A DNA stretch of 64,000 nucleotides. Origin: Adineta vaga (lineage: Eukaryota > Animalia > Rotifera). Positions 42,458-53,912 of this stretch are shown piece by piece (the first letter of the stretch is position 1; every line of letters starts with the position of its first letter). The stretch spans positions 9,052,001 to 9,116,000 of the forward strand of contig CP075492.1 in assembly GCA_021613535.1 (NCBI GenBank), read 5' to 3'. The notes beneath the pieces are model-generated. The model did not search any database. It was not told the DNA's origin and saw nothing but the letters and a program-made list of their open reading frames with translations. A program made the position numbers and the translations under genes.

Positions 42458-43025
42458 CTAATCAGCTCCAGTTTGTTGTTTAGAAATAATTTCATCAAGT
42501 TGTCTTTCAAACTGTGCTAATTCAACTTTTGATTTACTGAACAAACGTTCAAATTCAACTTGTTTACTTGTACCATCTGTTAACATTTTTGCTTGTATCA
42601 TTTTCGATACAAGTAACGTAGCTTTACGTTCATGATGTTTTGCCATTCGACATTGTGTAAATCGTCCCATAGTTAGAATTGGTAAGGAAACAATTGCAGC
42701 TTGAAAAACTCGATTACGATTTGTTGTTAGAAGAAATGCAGCCATACTGCAGAAGAATGACCCAGGTATTCCTGAATTGAGATACAAAAACGATTGATTT
42801 TGATGAATATGTATACGTGTATTGTGATGTGTTTTTACCGAGAATAAGTGCTTCTTTTAAACAAAGTGTTTCTCCTATGGATCTATGTTTCGAGACTTCG
42901 ACAAACATGGCAAAATTACGTTTGATTTGATCCCATACTGTTGATCGTGGTGCATTGGGATCAGTATTAATTGGTTCAACAGATCGTAATTTAGAAAAAT
43001 CTGCTGGATCGTTTTTAGGCGACAT
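42458..43025 (-). CDS. COX20: Cytochrome c oxidase assembly factor COX20-like, 2 exons
   Basis: CLKEALILG/IPGSFF...FLLT...FTQCR...KMLTDGT: two TM segments flanked by Cys, as in COX20/FAM36A; intron about 42772-42838. Confidence 0.65.
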
Positions 43026-43403
43026 ATCTGAAAACAGACAATATTGAGTTTAATAATCATTAGAATATCCAATTAACACAAACTTTGTCTTTATAAGGAA
43101 ATATGTTCCAATACTGATTAAATATAGAGATAAGCAATAGACTTTAGAAACTTGAGACACATAACGGTAATAACTAGGTTAATTGAGTTTCGTTCTCATT
43201 AAAAATTTAACATCATCATAAATAAAACAGAGATTCTTTCTTTCTTATGCAAAAATCTAACAAAAGAAGTTTATTGCAACAAAAATAAATGAAACAACCA
43301 TACACATATTACATATATAGAAATCACCAAATCTGAAAGCTTGAATAACCTCTCTCCATTTATTCATAAACACACATAAAACAAAAACGAAAAATAATAT
43401 CCA

Positions 43404-44438
43404 CTATAATCTCTCACCAACACGAATCTTCTCACCAGTATGACGAGCAAAATGAAATGTCGATGGCGCTTCAAATACTAATACAATGCAAGAACCTAAT
43501 TTAAACTCTCCAAATGCATCACCTTTATCGAATGACATCTGATCAGTTGATTGAAATTTTTCTTTCCACATACGAAATGTATAATCATCTAATTTCTGAT
43601 TTGTTTTCAATGTTTTATCAGCATAAATATCAATTGAGCCAACATTTGTTGCACCAATCATTGTTTGAGTCATTAAACCATGTTGATATTCACCCAAATA
43701 AACGACACGTTCATTAAGTAACAATAAATTTGGTATCCAAATAATAAATTCTGGTCGAACACTCATCAATTCACCTGAAAACAAAAGAAACAATAATAGT
43801 ATTACTTGCTTGTTCAATTCAATATTACCGGTAATATGTCGACGTTCACGAATCTTCCATTTTGCAGGACTATGAAAATGATGATAATTACCAGGATTTA
43901 AATAAATACATGTATAGAAAAGTGATGATTCAGATTGTTTTTCTTGTAGACGTTCAATTTCATATTGATCAAATTGAAATAAATCTTTTATTGTATATGG
44001 AATACCTTTAACAACGATATTTAAATTTTCTACTGATGTTACTAAACCATTCGCCAAGACTTCTCCATCACATGGTGAAACAACTAAACTTTCAGGATCG
44101 ATTGGACGTACACCGGGTTTAAGATTTCGTCGAAAAAATTCACCAAAATTTGCATAGTAGTCAAGATGATCAGGACCATGTTCACATTCGTTAATATCAC
44201 CATCAAAAACACGACAAAAATATTTATAAATCGGATTTCGAAAAGAACGAGGATAGATATTCACAGAAAGTAAACGTGACCAAAAGCGAGATGTTTGACG
44301 TAATGGTAATGAACGATACCAAGCTTCATTTGATGTACATAAAGATTCACGTTTAATATTAATCGAACGGGTATAATGATAAGCAGTGAGAGCAGAGACA
44401 GTTGTTAATGAAAGACATCGACCAATAGGGAAATTCAT
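43404..44438 (-). CDS. PISD: Mitochondrial-type phosphatidylserine decarboxylase proenzyme
   Basis: FGEFFRRNLKPGVRPI, VSPCDG, YLNPGNYHHFHSP, NERV, GATNVGSI, FKLGSC autocleavage site; in-frame 54-nt intron 43775-43828. Confidence 0.95.
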   Translation of the reverse strand: MNFPIGRCLSLTTVSALTAYHYTRSINIKRESLCTSNEAWYRSLPLRQTSRFWSRLLSVNIYPRSFRNPIYKYFCRVFDGDINECEHGPDHLDYYANFGEFFRRNLKPGVRPIDPESLVVSPCDGEVLANGLVTSVENLNIVVKGIPYTIKDLFQFDQYEIERLQEKQSESSLFYTCIYLNPGNYHHFHSPAKWKIRERRHITGNIELNKQVILLLFLLFSGELMSVRPEFIIWIPNLLLLNERVVYLGEYQHGLMTQTMIGATNVGSIDIYADKTLKTNQKLDDYTFRMWKEKFQSTDQMSFDKGDAFGEFKLGSCIVLVFEAPSTFHFARHTGEKIRVGERL

Positions 44439-44750
44439 TCACGACGGATATGTTGACGACGAATAGGTTGTTGTTTTGTTGGAGTAGTTGGGGTTGGAGT
44501 TGTTTGTTGAATTGGTTGTTGATCGTTATTATTTATTTGAAATAAAGCTCGTATAACTCCAAATCGACTTAACACTAATTTCCACAAAAGATACCAAGCT
44601 GAAGAGAAAGACAATTTTGTTTTTCAATGAAATAAAATGATAAGAATATGTTTAGTTACATAGAGCGATAATAGCTAAAGCAACAGCAACGGAAACAATC
44701 GTAGATATGATTAATGCAAACCAATAACGTATGGAATGATCTTCAGTCAT
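44435..44750 (-). CDS. SMIM13: Small integral membrane protein 13-like, 84 aa, 2 exons (not in the ORF track)
   Basis: Exons 44750-44660 and 44598-44435 give MTEDHSIRYWFALIISTIVSVAVALAIIALSWYLLWKLVLSRFGVIRALF...RRE*; WYxxWxLxLSxF matches the SMIM13 motif as I recall it. Confidence 0.75.
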
Positions 44751-44907
44751 TACTTAAACATTTGAATAATCTAGAAAGTATAAAAGATTAAATATTTTTT
44801 GTTGTTTTTTTCTGTGTTTTATTCACATTTCGTGATTGTTTATAAAACAAGAAGAAAAAAGAAAAGAAAAGAAAAAGAAGTCTAATCAGTAACTAATTGG
44901 ATTTGTT

Positions 44908-46042
44908 TTAAAAATTCATTGTTTTTTCCTCGCGATATTGATACATGTAATCATTCGTATCTTTTTCTTCGATCTTCTCCCAACCCGTTTCTTTCATATG
45001 ATAAACTAAACAAATCAAATCATCAGAATGAACAATGTAAAGAATGTCTATTTACTTCGAACAATATTTCCGGAAGCAGCATCACGATGTGCAGCATGTA
45101 CAATAGCTCGACGAGCGAGATCAATTGCATCAGCAGTACTCATTTCATATCTAAACAAATTATCAATCGAGTTTAAGTAAAGTGATATATGCTAAATTTA
45201 ATTCTCTTTACTTGTAACCAGCATCAAGTATACTGTATGCATAGATTGATCCACTACCAACTGAAAATAGATTATCACTGATACGTTCACCATCATCGGA
45301 TACCATATATAAGCCAGGACCCTAATTCGCACAAAAAAGAAAGAGAAAATGAACATTTATTTTTTTGTTACGATGCAAGTCAATACATACTCGTTTATCC
45401 CAACCAACAATCATTGTTCCCATGGATAAGCCCATACCACGATATTCAAAAATCATGTTTGCTAAAATTTTCGAAGCAGCAGCTACTGAAATCTTCTCCT
45501 TGTTTCGTAATTCATAGATACGACATTGACGAGCAAGAACACGTTCCCAAAAGGCACAATCTGCAGCACCACCAGCCATTGTTCCCAATAAATATGGATT
45601 GATTTCAATCACTTTTTTAACTTCTCCCGAAGCTATAAAAATCAATGATATAACACTTTTTAGTAAACATAAAGTTCAAAACAAAACAAACCGATGAAAC
45701 CACCCGCTGTGGCACGACTGTCAACAGCTACTATAACTCCATTACGGAATTTGAATGCTAATGTTGTTGTACCTTTAAGAAATTGTATTTTTACTCGATC
45801 AACTTTTTCATTGACCATTTTTAAATATTTAGCTGGCTTGAAAAGAAAAATATTCAATCAAAGAATAAATAATACAAAAAAATCTTTACATCAGCATAAG
45901 GTGGAAGTGTAATAAATTGTGCGATATTTTCAATATTCAATGTTGGACAAAATTCATCAATATTACTATCCGTTTTCTTACATTGAAGTGAACGATCAAA
46001 TTCAGAATTAGATTTGAAACCAAGTACATTAGCTAAAGCCAT
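44908..46042 (-). CDS. PSMB5: Proteasome subunit beta type-5
   Basis: Propeptide then [54 protein letters not shown]. Confidence 0.96.
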
Positions 46043-46402
46043 GTTTATTTCGAATGATGATAAAACGAATGACTGGTCTTCTAGTTTACTTTACTTACTC
46101 ACTAACAACAACTTATCACGGACAATCTGATTGATCGAATGTTTTCGACCAATGAACAATGTCACCACAATCGATGTATGTAAAAACCTCGCAAAAGAAT
46201 TTCTACATGATAAAAATACAAATTCATATTTTATCTCAAGAATTTCTTTGCTAACCTATTTCTCTAATCAATTACCTTGTCATCTGATCCATACAATACC
46301 CAACAAAATCTTTTTTCTTCCTCCTCTATTTAAAAATCTTGTGCAAAGAAAAAAATCACTTTTTCTTTTTTCTGAAATGATTTATTCAATATCGAATAAA
46401 AC
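46043..46402. promoter_or_regulatory. Probable bidirectional promoter region between PSMB5 and SECISBP2
   Basis: 360 bp between divergent start codons; inferred from gene arrangement only. Confidence 0.4.
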
Positions 46403-49275
46403 ATGACAACATATTCGTCATCTGGTCTTTCGGCAGAAGCGAAAGAATTCGTTCCATTATTATTAAATTCGTCTCCGACGGCGATCGCGCCAATTTATTC
46501 ATCTAACCAACAACCGATGATTTATCCATTAATGAAATATCCTGAAATTGAATTTCATATTCCATCAGCTCAACAATTTCATATGAATACAAATAATACA
46601 TCTCAAATTATGCTTCTACCAACAGCTGGATGTTTTCCAACTACGCCAATACTTTATTCAACACACGAACAATCATCAGCATTTTATCCTATGGAACAGC
46701 CTTCATTAATGAACTATTCATCCCGACAACCAAATTCAAATCGAATCTCATCAGTTCATCAACAACATGGTGCTAATCATTCAATATCCATTCATAATCG
46801 TCGAAATTTTAATTCTACGAATAGTAAAACCTCATCGAAGGGTAATAATCGTTCACGACCAATCCAGCAACAACATGAACAAAGAAAAGAAAATTCGAAA
46901 AATGATCAAATTAACGACGATGAAACTACATTCAAATTACGATCAGAAGATTTTCCAAGTCTTCTCGTAGATAATCAACAATTGGACAAGGTTCCAACAC
47001 AATCACAAGTATCCATCAATACGAAGTTAGCCATCTTTTCTTCTTTTTCTTCAGATTTTGTTAATAAAATCATGTCGATATTTTAGAATAGCATCTTCTT
47101 GGAATAAAGTTGTTTCTACTCCCCGTCCACATTCCACATCTCCACATTCTGTTCCATCAAAAAATCAATCATCAAAGAAGAATAAATCTCCTACACAAAT
47201 AAAATCAAATAAAACAACTGCACAAATAGAACAGCAACGTTCACATTCATCAACTCGTGCTGATAAATCACCAAATAAACAAAATTCCAAAACAACAGAC
47301 GAAACTACTAACGGATCAAAACAACAACAAAAAAGCTTAAAACAAAGAAAATCTAAAGCAAAAGAAGAACCAACAAAAACAACAACAATATCACAAAAGG
47401 CAGAATCATCTATTCCATTTACTCTCGATGATGAAAATGCATTTCCAACCTTAGGACAAGAAATTTTAGTATTAGGAACCAAAAAATTTGACAATGATTC
47501 GTCAACAAAAAATACAAGTAGGAAAATATCATTCTGCATTATTCTATTTCATAGATAGATTTCTTTTCTCTTAGCTTCTGCTCCAGGTTTAATCAACAAA
47601 TCGAAAATTAAAGCTAATCATAGTTTCCAGATATGTTTACAAGATATGTTTAATGCTTTAAATACAGCGAATCAAACAAAACAACCAAATACTCAACATA
47701 AATCATCTACAATTAAAGTCAATGGTGCTAATCCACTCGATTCTAATCCAGCACCAAAACGTGGCAAAGAACGTGAACAACCCAAACCACGTAAACCAAC
47801 AAAATTGAAACGTATTATTAACAAAGAACTTGAGGAAAATCAAAAACAACGACAGCAACTACTAACGAAAGTTGCAGCCATCAAACAATCGGATGATAAA
47901 GATTCTCAAAATGAAACTGATATCAATACGAACACTGATGAGTAAGTTCAATTTTATCCTTTAATCTCTCTCTCCTACATTTGTATTGTCTTTTAGTTGT
48001 ATGAATGATTTGTTACCCAGTAATTTACATGTTAATATGACTGAATACGCCAGTGCATCGTGTACAGAAGAATCGGATGATGAAACAGACGATGACGATG
48101 AACTACTTGATCATGAACCCACCAGTCAATTACAGACTCCATTCGCTCAACAAATTCCACAGTCTACTATTAAACAACAGATACATGATGCTGGTTTTCG
48201 TGAATATTGTTCACAATTAATCGATCGTCAATTGGATGAATTATGTGTTCAATTATTAATTACATTGAAACGTTTTCAAGATCGTAAGAAACAACAATTT
48301 CAATTGAATCCTGAACGTGCACGTCGTAAACGTCGTTTTGTTCATGGAATTCGTGAAGTAACGAAACATTTACGATTACAACGTTTAAAATGTATTTTAA
48401 TTGCACCTGATTGTCAATCGATCCAAAGTGAAGGTGGTCTTAATGAAGCAATCGATCAAATTATTAGTTTATGTAAAGAACAAAATATTCCATACATATT
48501 TACTCTCAATCGTATGAAATTAGGGCGATGTTTAAATAAAATTGCACGAGTATCAACTATAGGTATTTTTGATTACAGTGGAGCCGATCAAATTTACAAA
48601 CAAATTATCGAAATAACGGATGAGAATCAACGAGCTTATAAACAAATTATCGATAATATTATTAATCATGAGGATCCGACAACAACAACAACAACGCCGT
48701 CACATGGTTTAAATAGTCGTGAATTTTATAAAATTCTTCATCGAACATTTCAACAACAAAATCAACAACGTCAACATATTGTTAATACAATACCGAGTGA
48801 ATCTTTATCGAAAATTTTACCAAAAGTTCCTGCACATTATGCACATTCTCGACAAACATCAGATACATCAACTATTTATATTGATCCTCAATTAATTAAT
48901 TCAATGAAAAAACAGCATACACGTGCATCAAGTGGAACATTTGACATGGGTAAAACGGCAGCAGCAGCAGCAACAACAACAAAAAAGAATCATCAACGAA
49001 CATTATCCGATGGAGCAACGACAATCGATGATACATCTATACAAATCAAACATCATATTAAAACACATTCACGTACACCATCAGGTTGTAGTGCAATTAG
49101 TCAAATTGAGCAACAAGATTATTTCGAACAATCAAAAAATATCTTAATCAATAATAATGATGATTTAACATTGGATAATGAAGAAAATCGATTGAAATCG
49201 ATTCATGAAGATACAGAAGAAAGTTCAGCAAATAGCAAGAGAAAAAATGTCGAAAAATGGATCAATGACAATTGA
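46403..49275 (+). CDS. SECISBP2: SECIS-binding protein 2 / SBP2-like (L7Ae domain), 4 exons
   Basis: PAM2-like LSAEAKEFVP; Sec incorporation domain NPLDS...KRGKEREQPKPRKPTKLKRII; FREYCSQ; L7Ae RRFVHGIREVTKHLRLQRLKCILIAPD. Confidence 0.9.
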
Positions 49276-49490
49276 CAAATACATATGTTGACTTTCTTTC
49301 AAAACGAACTATTTTTGTGCACATTATGGCAATGACTTCTGTTTGGGTTCATTGTAGTTTTGTTAAATTTCTTTTTATCTATCTATTATGGATGATTTCC
49401 TTATTGCTTGTGCTTTCTGTATAGTTTATATACATGTGTATGATTATTTTCATTACATTCACAATCTACTACATTTCTATTATCTTCAAT

Positions 49491-49516
49491 TAATAATAAT
49501 AATAATAATAATAATA
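49491..49516. repeat. (TAA)n microsatellite
   Basis: About 8 perfect TAA units downstream of SECISBP2. Confidence 0.85.
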
Positions 49517-50024
49517 GTATTGATATCTGTGAACATAAGAATATAGTTGACATCGGTATGTCAGAAAATAACTCTCATAATATATTTTGAAGTGTCATCA
49601 TGACGATTGTGTTGATATCTATCTTTCGTCTTTCTTTACTAAAAATATATGAAAATCTATTCGAGATATTTTGTAGTAATTTCAATAATCTTGACACAGA
49701 AAAACGTTTCAGTAGAATGTAATGAAGACTTCTAGTTATAACGAATAACAATCAATTCAATAGAAATAAAATTTGTTGATAATGTTACCAAAATAGTTTC
49801 AAAACACTTCAAATTTATGTCTATTGACAAGTATTTGACTTTTTTTTCATATTCTGTCAACTTAATATGATTCGTACGAGATAAAACGTCGTCAAATCTT
49901 TAATATACATTCAGTGTATATATACAACACAATATCTCAGAAAGAAAAGAGAAAGAACGCGTATTAATATCATTGCCAATAGAAACATTTCAAATTTTGC
50001 ATCATTCTTTAAACCTTAGTTACA

Positions 50025-50561
50025 ATGGATTATAATCATCAATTGATAGCAATATTTTTATTTCTAAACATTCAAAATGTAATTGATACAAAAGCATGTT
50101 CTATCATGAAGATATCAACAGCTGATGAATTGATTCAACAAGCGTATGCTATTGTTCGAGTGACAGCTGTTAAATATGAGAAAGCACCAGATAATCTCGA
50201 CATCTGGTCAAATTCAATGCCGACTAGTATTATAAGATTTGAAGTTGAAGAAATAATCAAAGGTGATACATTGATTCCTAATCGACTTTTTATCGAAGGT
50301 TACTTGACTCAAAATGATGATTTCAATGATCATTCTTCACCATACAATTTTGTTCGTCCAAACGGACGTATGGGCAGTTGCTTCGCAATGAAATATAAAC
50401 AAAATGGTAATTTCTTATTATTTCTAAATCAACAATATTCACCATATTGGAGTGCATTAGCACCAGTCAATGAACAACTTTATTCGCCACCACTTGCTGA
50501 TCCATGGTTGCAGTGGATTAAGAGTCGTTTAACTTCTACGACGGATGGTTACAAGTCTTAA
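50025..50561 (+). CDS. Intronless secreted protein of unknown function, 178 aa
   Basis: Signal-peptide-like N-terminus ending TKA/CS; globular composition with DDFND-x3-PYNFVRP-x2-R-x-GSCF and YWSALAPVNEQL blocks. Confidence 0.7.
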   Translation: MDYNHQLIAIFLFLNIQNVIDTKACSIMKISTADELIQQAYAIVRVTAVKYEKAPDNLDIWSNSMPTSIIRFEVEEIIKGDTLIPNRLFIEGYLTQNDDFNDHSSPYNFVRPNGRMGSCFAMKYKQNGNFLLFLNQQYSPYWSALAPVNEQLYSPPLADPWLQWIKSRLTSTTDGYKS

Positions 50562-50796
50562 ATTTGTGACTAGTGGTACAACGAAACTTCGACTTTTTTT
50601 CTTTTAAATTCTATACTGAATAAATTGTACTTTGAGGAAAGAATTATTCAATAAAAAAATGATCTGAATCAATTATAATTTTACAGAAATCTATTAGTAA
50701 ATAAAATGAACATTACGAAATCGAATCGGATGTATTATCAAGTAATAATCAAATCAATCGATATATTTTTTTTTCTGTACTATGGAAGTACTATAG

Positions 50797-51886
50797 ATGT
50801 CGTCGGATGTCATGATTCGTGATAGGTTGATTGTTTGTTGCAATGATTAAAAGAGTAATGGTTTGGTTGGTTTTTGGACTGGTAATAATAGAAATAATAA
50901 ATAGTTTGTATGGTATTTTTTTAGATTATCCTTTTGTGAATAAACTTCAATGCCAAACTCACTGGACAACAGTAACACTGGTGTTGCCACTCAAACGTCT
51001 CGTATTGTACGAGTTCGAGATGTGAGTTTCGTTCGAATCGATTTCCAATAATCATTTCGTATTTAGTTACCAATATATTATGATGCAAAAACTGATGATA
51101 TACATCGATTTGTTCCACGAACAATCGATGAACAAGTAAAAACAAATACTAATGATACTAACAATTGGCTCTACCCATTTATTAGTCAAGTAAGACAATC
51201 AGTACAACAAACATGGACTAATAATAAGGTATATTCAAAATTGTAATATATTGATGGATTTTAAATGATTTCTATTCGTAGAATTTACGTGATAGAGTTT
51301 CTCGTGGTATTGAAACAGGTGGCGCTCATACGAGAGGTAAAACGATCTTTTCGATGATTTTATTTGCATGAACTATTTCTGATTTTTGATATAGCTACAA
51401 TTGATTATATACGTGATGATGAAACATTTTTACCTAAAGTGGGTGTTGTTACTGTTGCTGGACTTGGTGGTCTTCTTCTCGGTCATAAAGGTGGTCCTGT
51501 ACGAAAAACATTCTATTCATCAGTTGCAGCTTTAGTTGCATTAAGTGCTTGTTATCCTAAACAATCAGCGAATATTCTTGATCAAATCTATATTCGTATT
51601 AAGAATGAATCCAATAATCTTCTTAATAGTTCGTTAAAAGTTTTTTTATTTATTTAGCTTATTTTTTATTCATTTCGTTGTTTTTACTTTAGAAACACCA
51701 ACAACATCAACTGTTCATATTGTCGACAATAAAGATCGTATTTTACATACAGCGAAAATTGCTAATGAACCCGTCGTTACTGTTAAAGGTGATTATGGAC
51801 AAGGTACACCAGCTGATCAACATTTATATACAACACGTGGTGGTGTTACTAATCCAATAGTAGTAGATGCAGAAAAGAAACTCTAA
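50797..51886 (+). CDS. MICOS subunit MIC26/MIC27 (apolipoprotein O family), multi-exon
   Basis: FLPKVGVVTVAGLGGLLLGHKGG...ALSACYP matches the ApoO domain; C-terminal DYGQG...LYTTR; start codon uncertain. Confidence 0.8.
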
Positions 51887-52425
51887 ATTATATATCATCA
51901 ATATTACTAGTTCTTTTGATATCTAGTTAGTTATCTACTTTTTTCTCCTTGGAACAGACAAGTATTCTTTCCTCTTATCAATGATCATCCATTGTATCTA
52001 TCACAGATGTTTAAATATAACACTTGCGAACAGTAATTCATTGTAATACTCTTATATCATCAAATCTTCTATGTTTTCTCAGACATCATCTAAAATGATT
52101 ATTGCGCAGATTTTAACATATTCATTTTTCTAATAGAATTTGTATCATCAAATTGAGAATTACATCAAAGTACTTAGGTATATTTAGAAATTCAGTTGAA
52201 AGATTCATAATGTACAATAATTAATTTATACCAGAATAATCACATGAATTGTCTTCGAGTCATGCTTTTGCTTACATTTTAATTGAATTTAAAATTATTT
52301 TTTAATCTATCAAGCCACGCATAAGACAAGCTTTTTCATATCAAAGTCAGTCTATCGAATAGAATTTTCTCATTATATAAAAGCAATGTTAAAAGGATGC
52401 TTATTTGTCAGTTCCTTAGTCAACT

Positions 52426-53466
52426 ATGTCAAATACAGTCGATTCTTTATTTGCTTTTTATACACAACAAGTAGCAATCTACGCCGGATTACCTATTTTG
52501 ATTGCTGGCGTTCTTGGAGAAATATTAAATATTATTATATTTCTTAGTCTTCAAACTTTTCGACAAAATTGATGTGCATTCTATTTATTAACTATGTCTT
52601 GTGTGAATATCGGACAATTACTTACAGGTTTACTTATTCGTATTCTTATTACTGGTTTTGGCATTGATCTAACAGTTCAATCAATATTTTATTGTAAATT
52701 TCGACAATATATTCGTCAAGTATGTGCATTGATATCTCTAACATGTTTATGTTTTGCTACTCTCGATCAATACTTGACTACTTGTTCACGTGTTCGTTGG
52801 CAAAAATGGAGTAGTATCAAAATAGCACGGCGTTTATGTGCAATAACTATTCTATTTTGGATTCTTCATAGCATTCCTACTTTTCTCTACTTCAATATAG
52901 TTCAATCAACAATTACTGGTCGATTGATTTGTATCCTAACGGATGCAAGATATTCGCTATATTTTACTTATGTTTATATAACCATCTTTACAGGATATCT
53001 GCCCGTATTTATTTGTACTTTATTTGGTTTATTAGCTTATTACAATGTCCGACGATTGGCATATCGAACAGTTCCTTTAGTTCGACGTGAATTAGACAAA
53101 CAATTAACGATCATGGTTTTAATTCTTGATATTTACAATTTTATTGCTCTTATACCATATCCTATCATACTTGTGCTGACTTTAGTAACAAGCATAACTC
53201 AAAATCCAGTAATTGCTCAACAGATCAACTTTGTTAGTGATCTAACATCTTATACTTATTTCTCCTATTTTGCTGTAAGTATGTCGCAGATTTTATTCAT
53301 TTGAATTTTTATTACTTAATTTTTAGTGTCCATTTTATATATATATTTGTACGTCTGAACGATTTCGCCGACAATTACATCATGTTCTATTCAAAGTTTA
53401 CCTGGAAAAAAGGCGTCGACAAAAACAAATTACGCCATTTGAATTAAAAGTCTTTGAAGAAACTAG
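52426..53466 (+). pseudogene. Class A GPCR of the same family as 1489-2533, with an in-frame TGA at 52570-52572
   Basis: MSNTVD...GEILNIIIFLSLQTFRQN*CAFYLLTM continues in frame to CKFR, ATLDQY, RRELDKQLT; same TM7 intron position as the first GPCR. Confidence 0.75.
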
Positions 53467-53667
53467 ATGCTAAATAAAGTAGAAGAGGAAAACAAGTTCC
53501 CGGATCATTGTTGTTGGGTCAGAATCGTGCAGTATATGTTCGGTCGTTTACTAATTGAATGAAACGTGTCACTGGTCACTTGTTAATTCAGTCTTTCGTT
53601 TTCTCAAATTTATCTTGTCTTTTTTCTCCCAACTATTTATTTAATGATGTATGTGCTTTCTATCCTT

Positions 53668-53699
<32 letters not shown>

Positions 53700-53912
53700 T
53701 ATTTTCAACTATCAGACAATGTGACAAGATTAAAAGAATAAATCTTTATGAGGTATCTATGAATATACTGATATAAAAAATTATGACCATGACTGTCTAT
53801 GTCTTTCAACATGATAGCACATAGACGAGAGGCCTAGGTCATTGCCCGTTGAGTGTAGGTCGCACAAGTGAAGTATAGCTATGCATTCACCGTTACAACT
53901 GGTCGATAATAT

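Noticed and set aside
52570-52572. In-frame TGA in the GPCR read as selenocysteine, given the nearby SBP2 gene
   Set aside because: The position looks like a non-catalytic Ser in a loop, I saw no SECIS in the 3' flank, and proximity to SBP2 has no mechanistic meaning
53825-53905. Locally GC-richer segment as a structured ncRNA
   Set aside because: No recognisable RNA family motif or convincing fold; probably the 3' UTR of the orphan ORF
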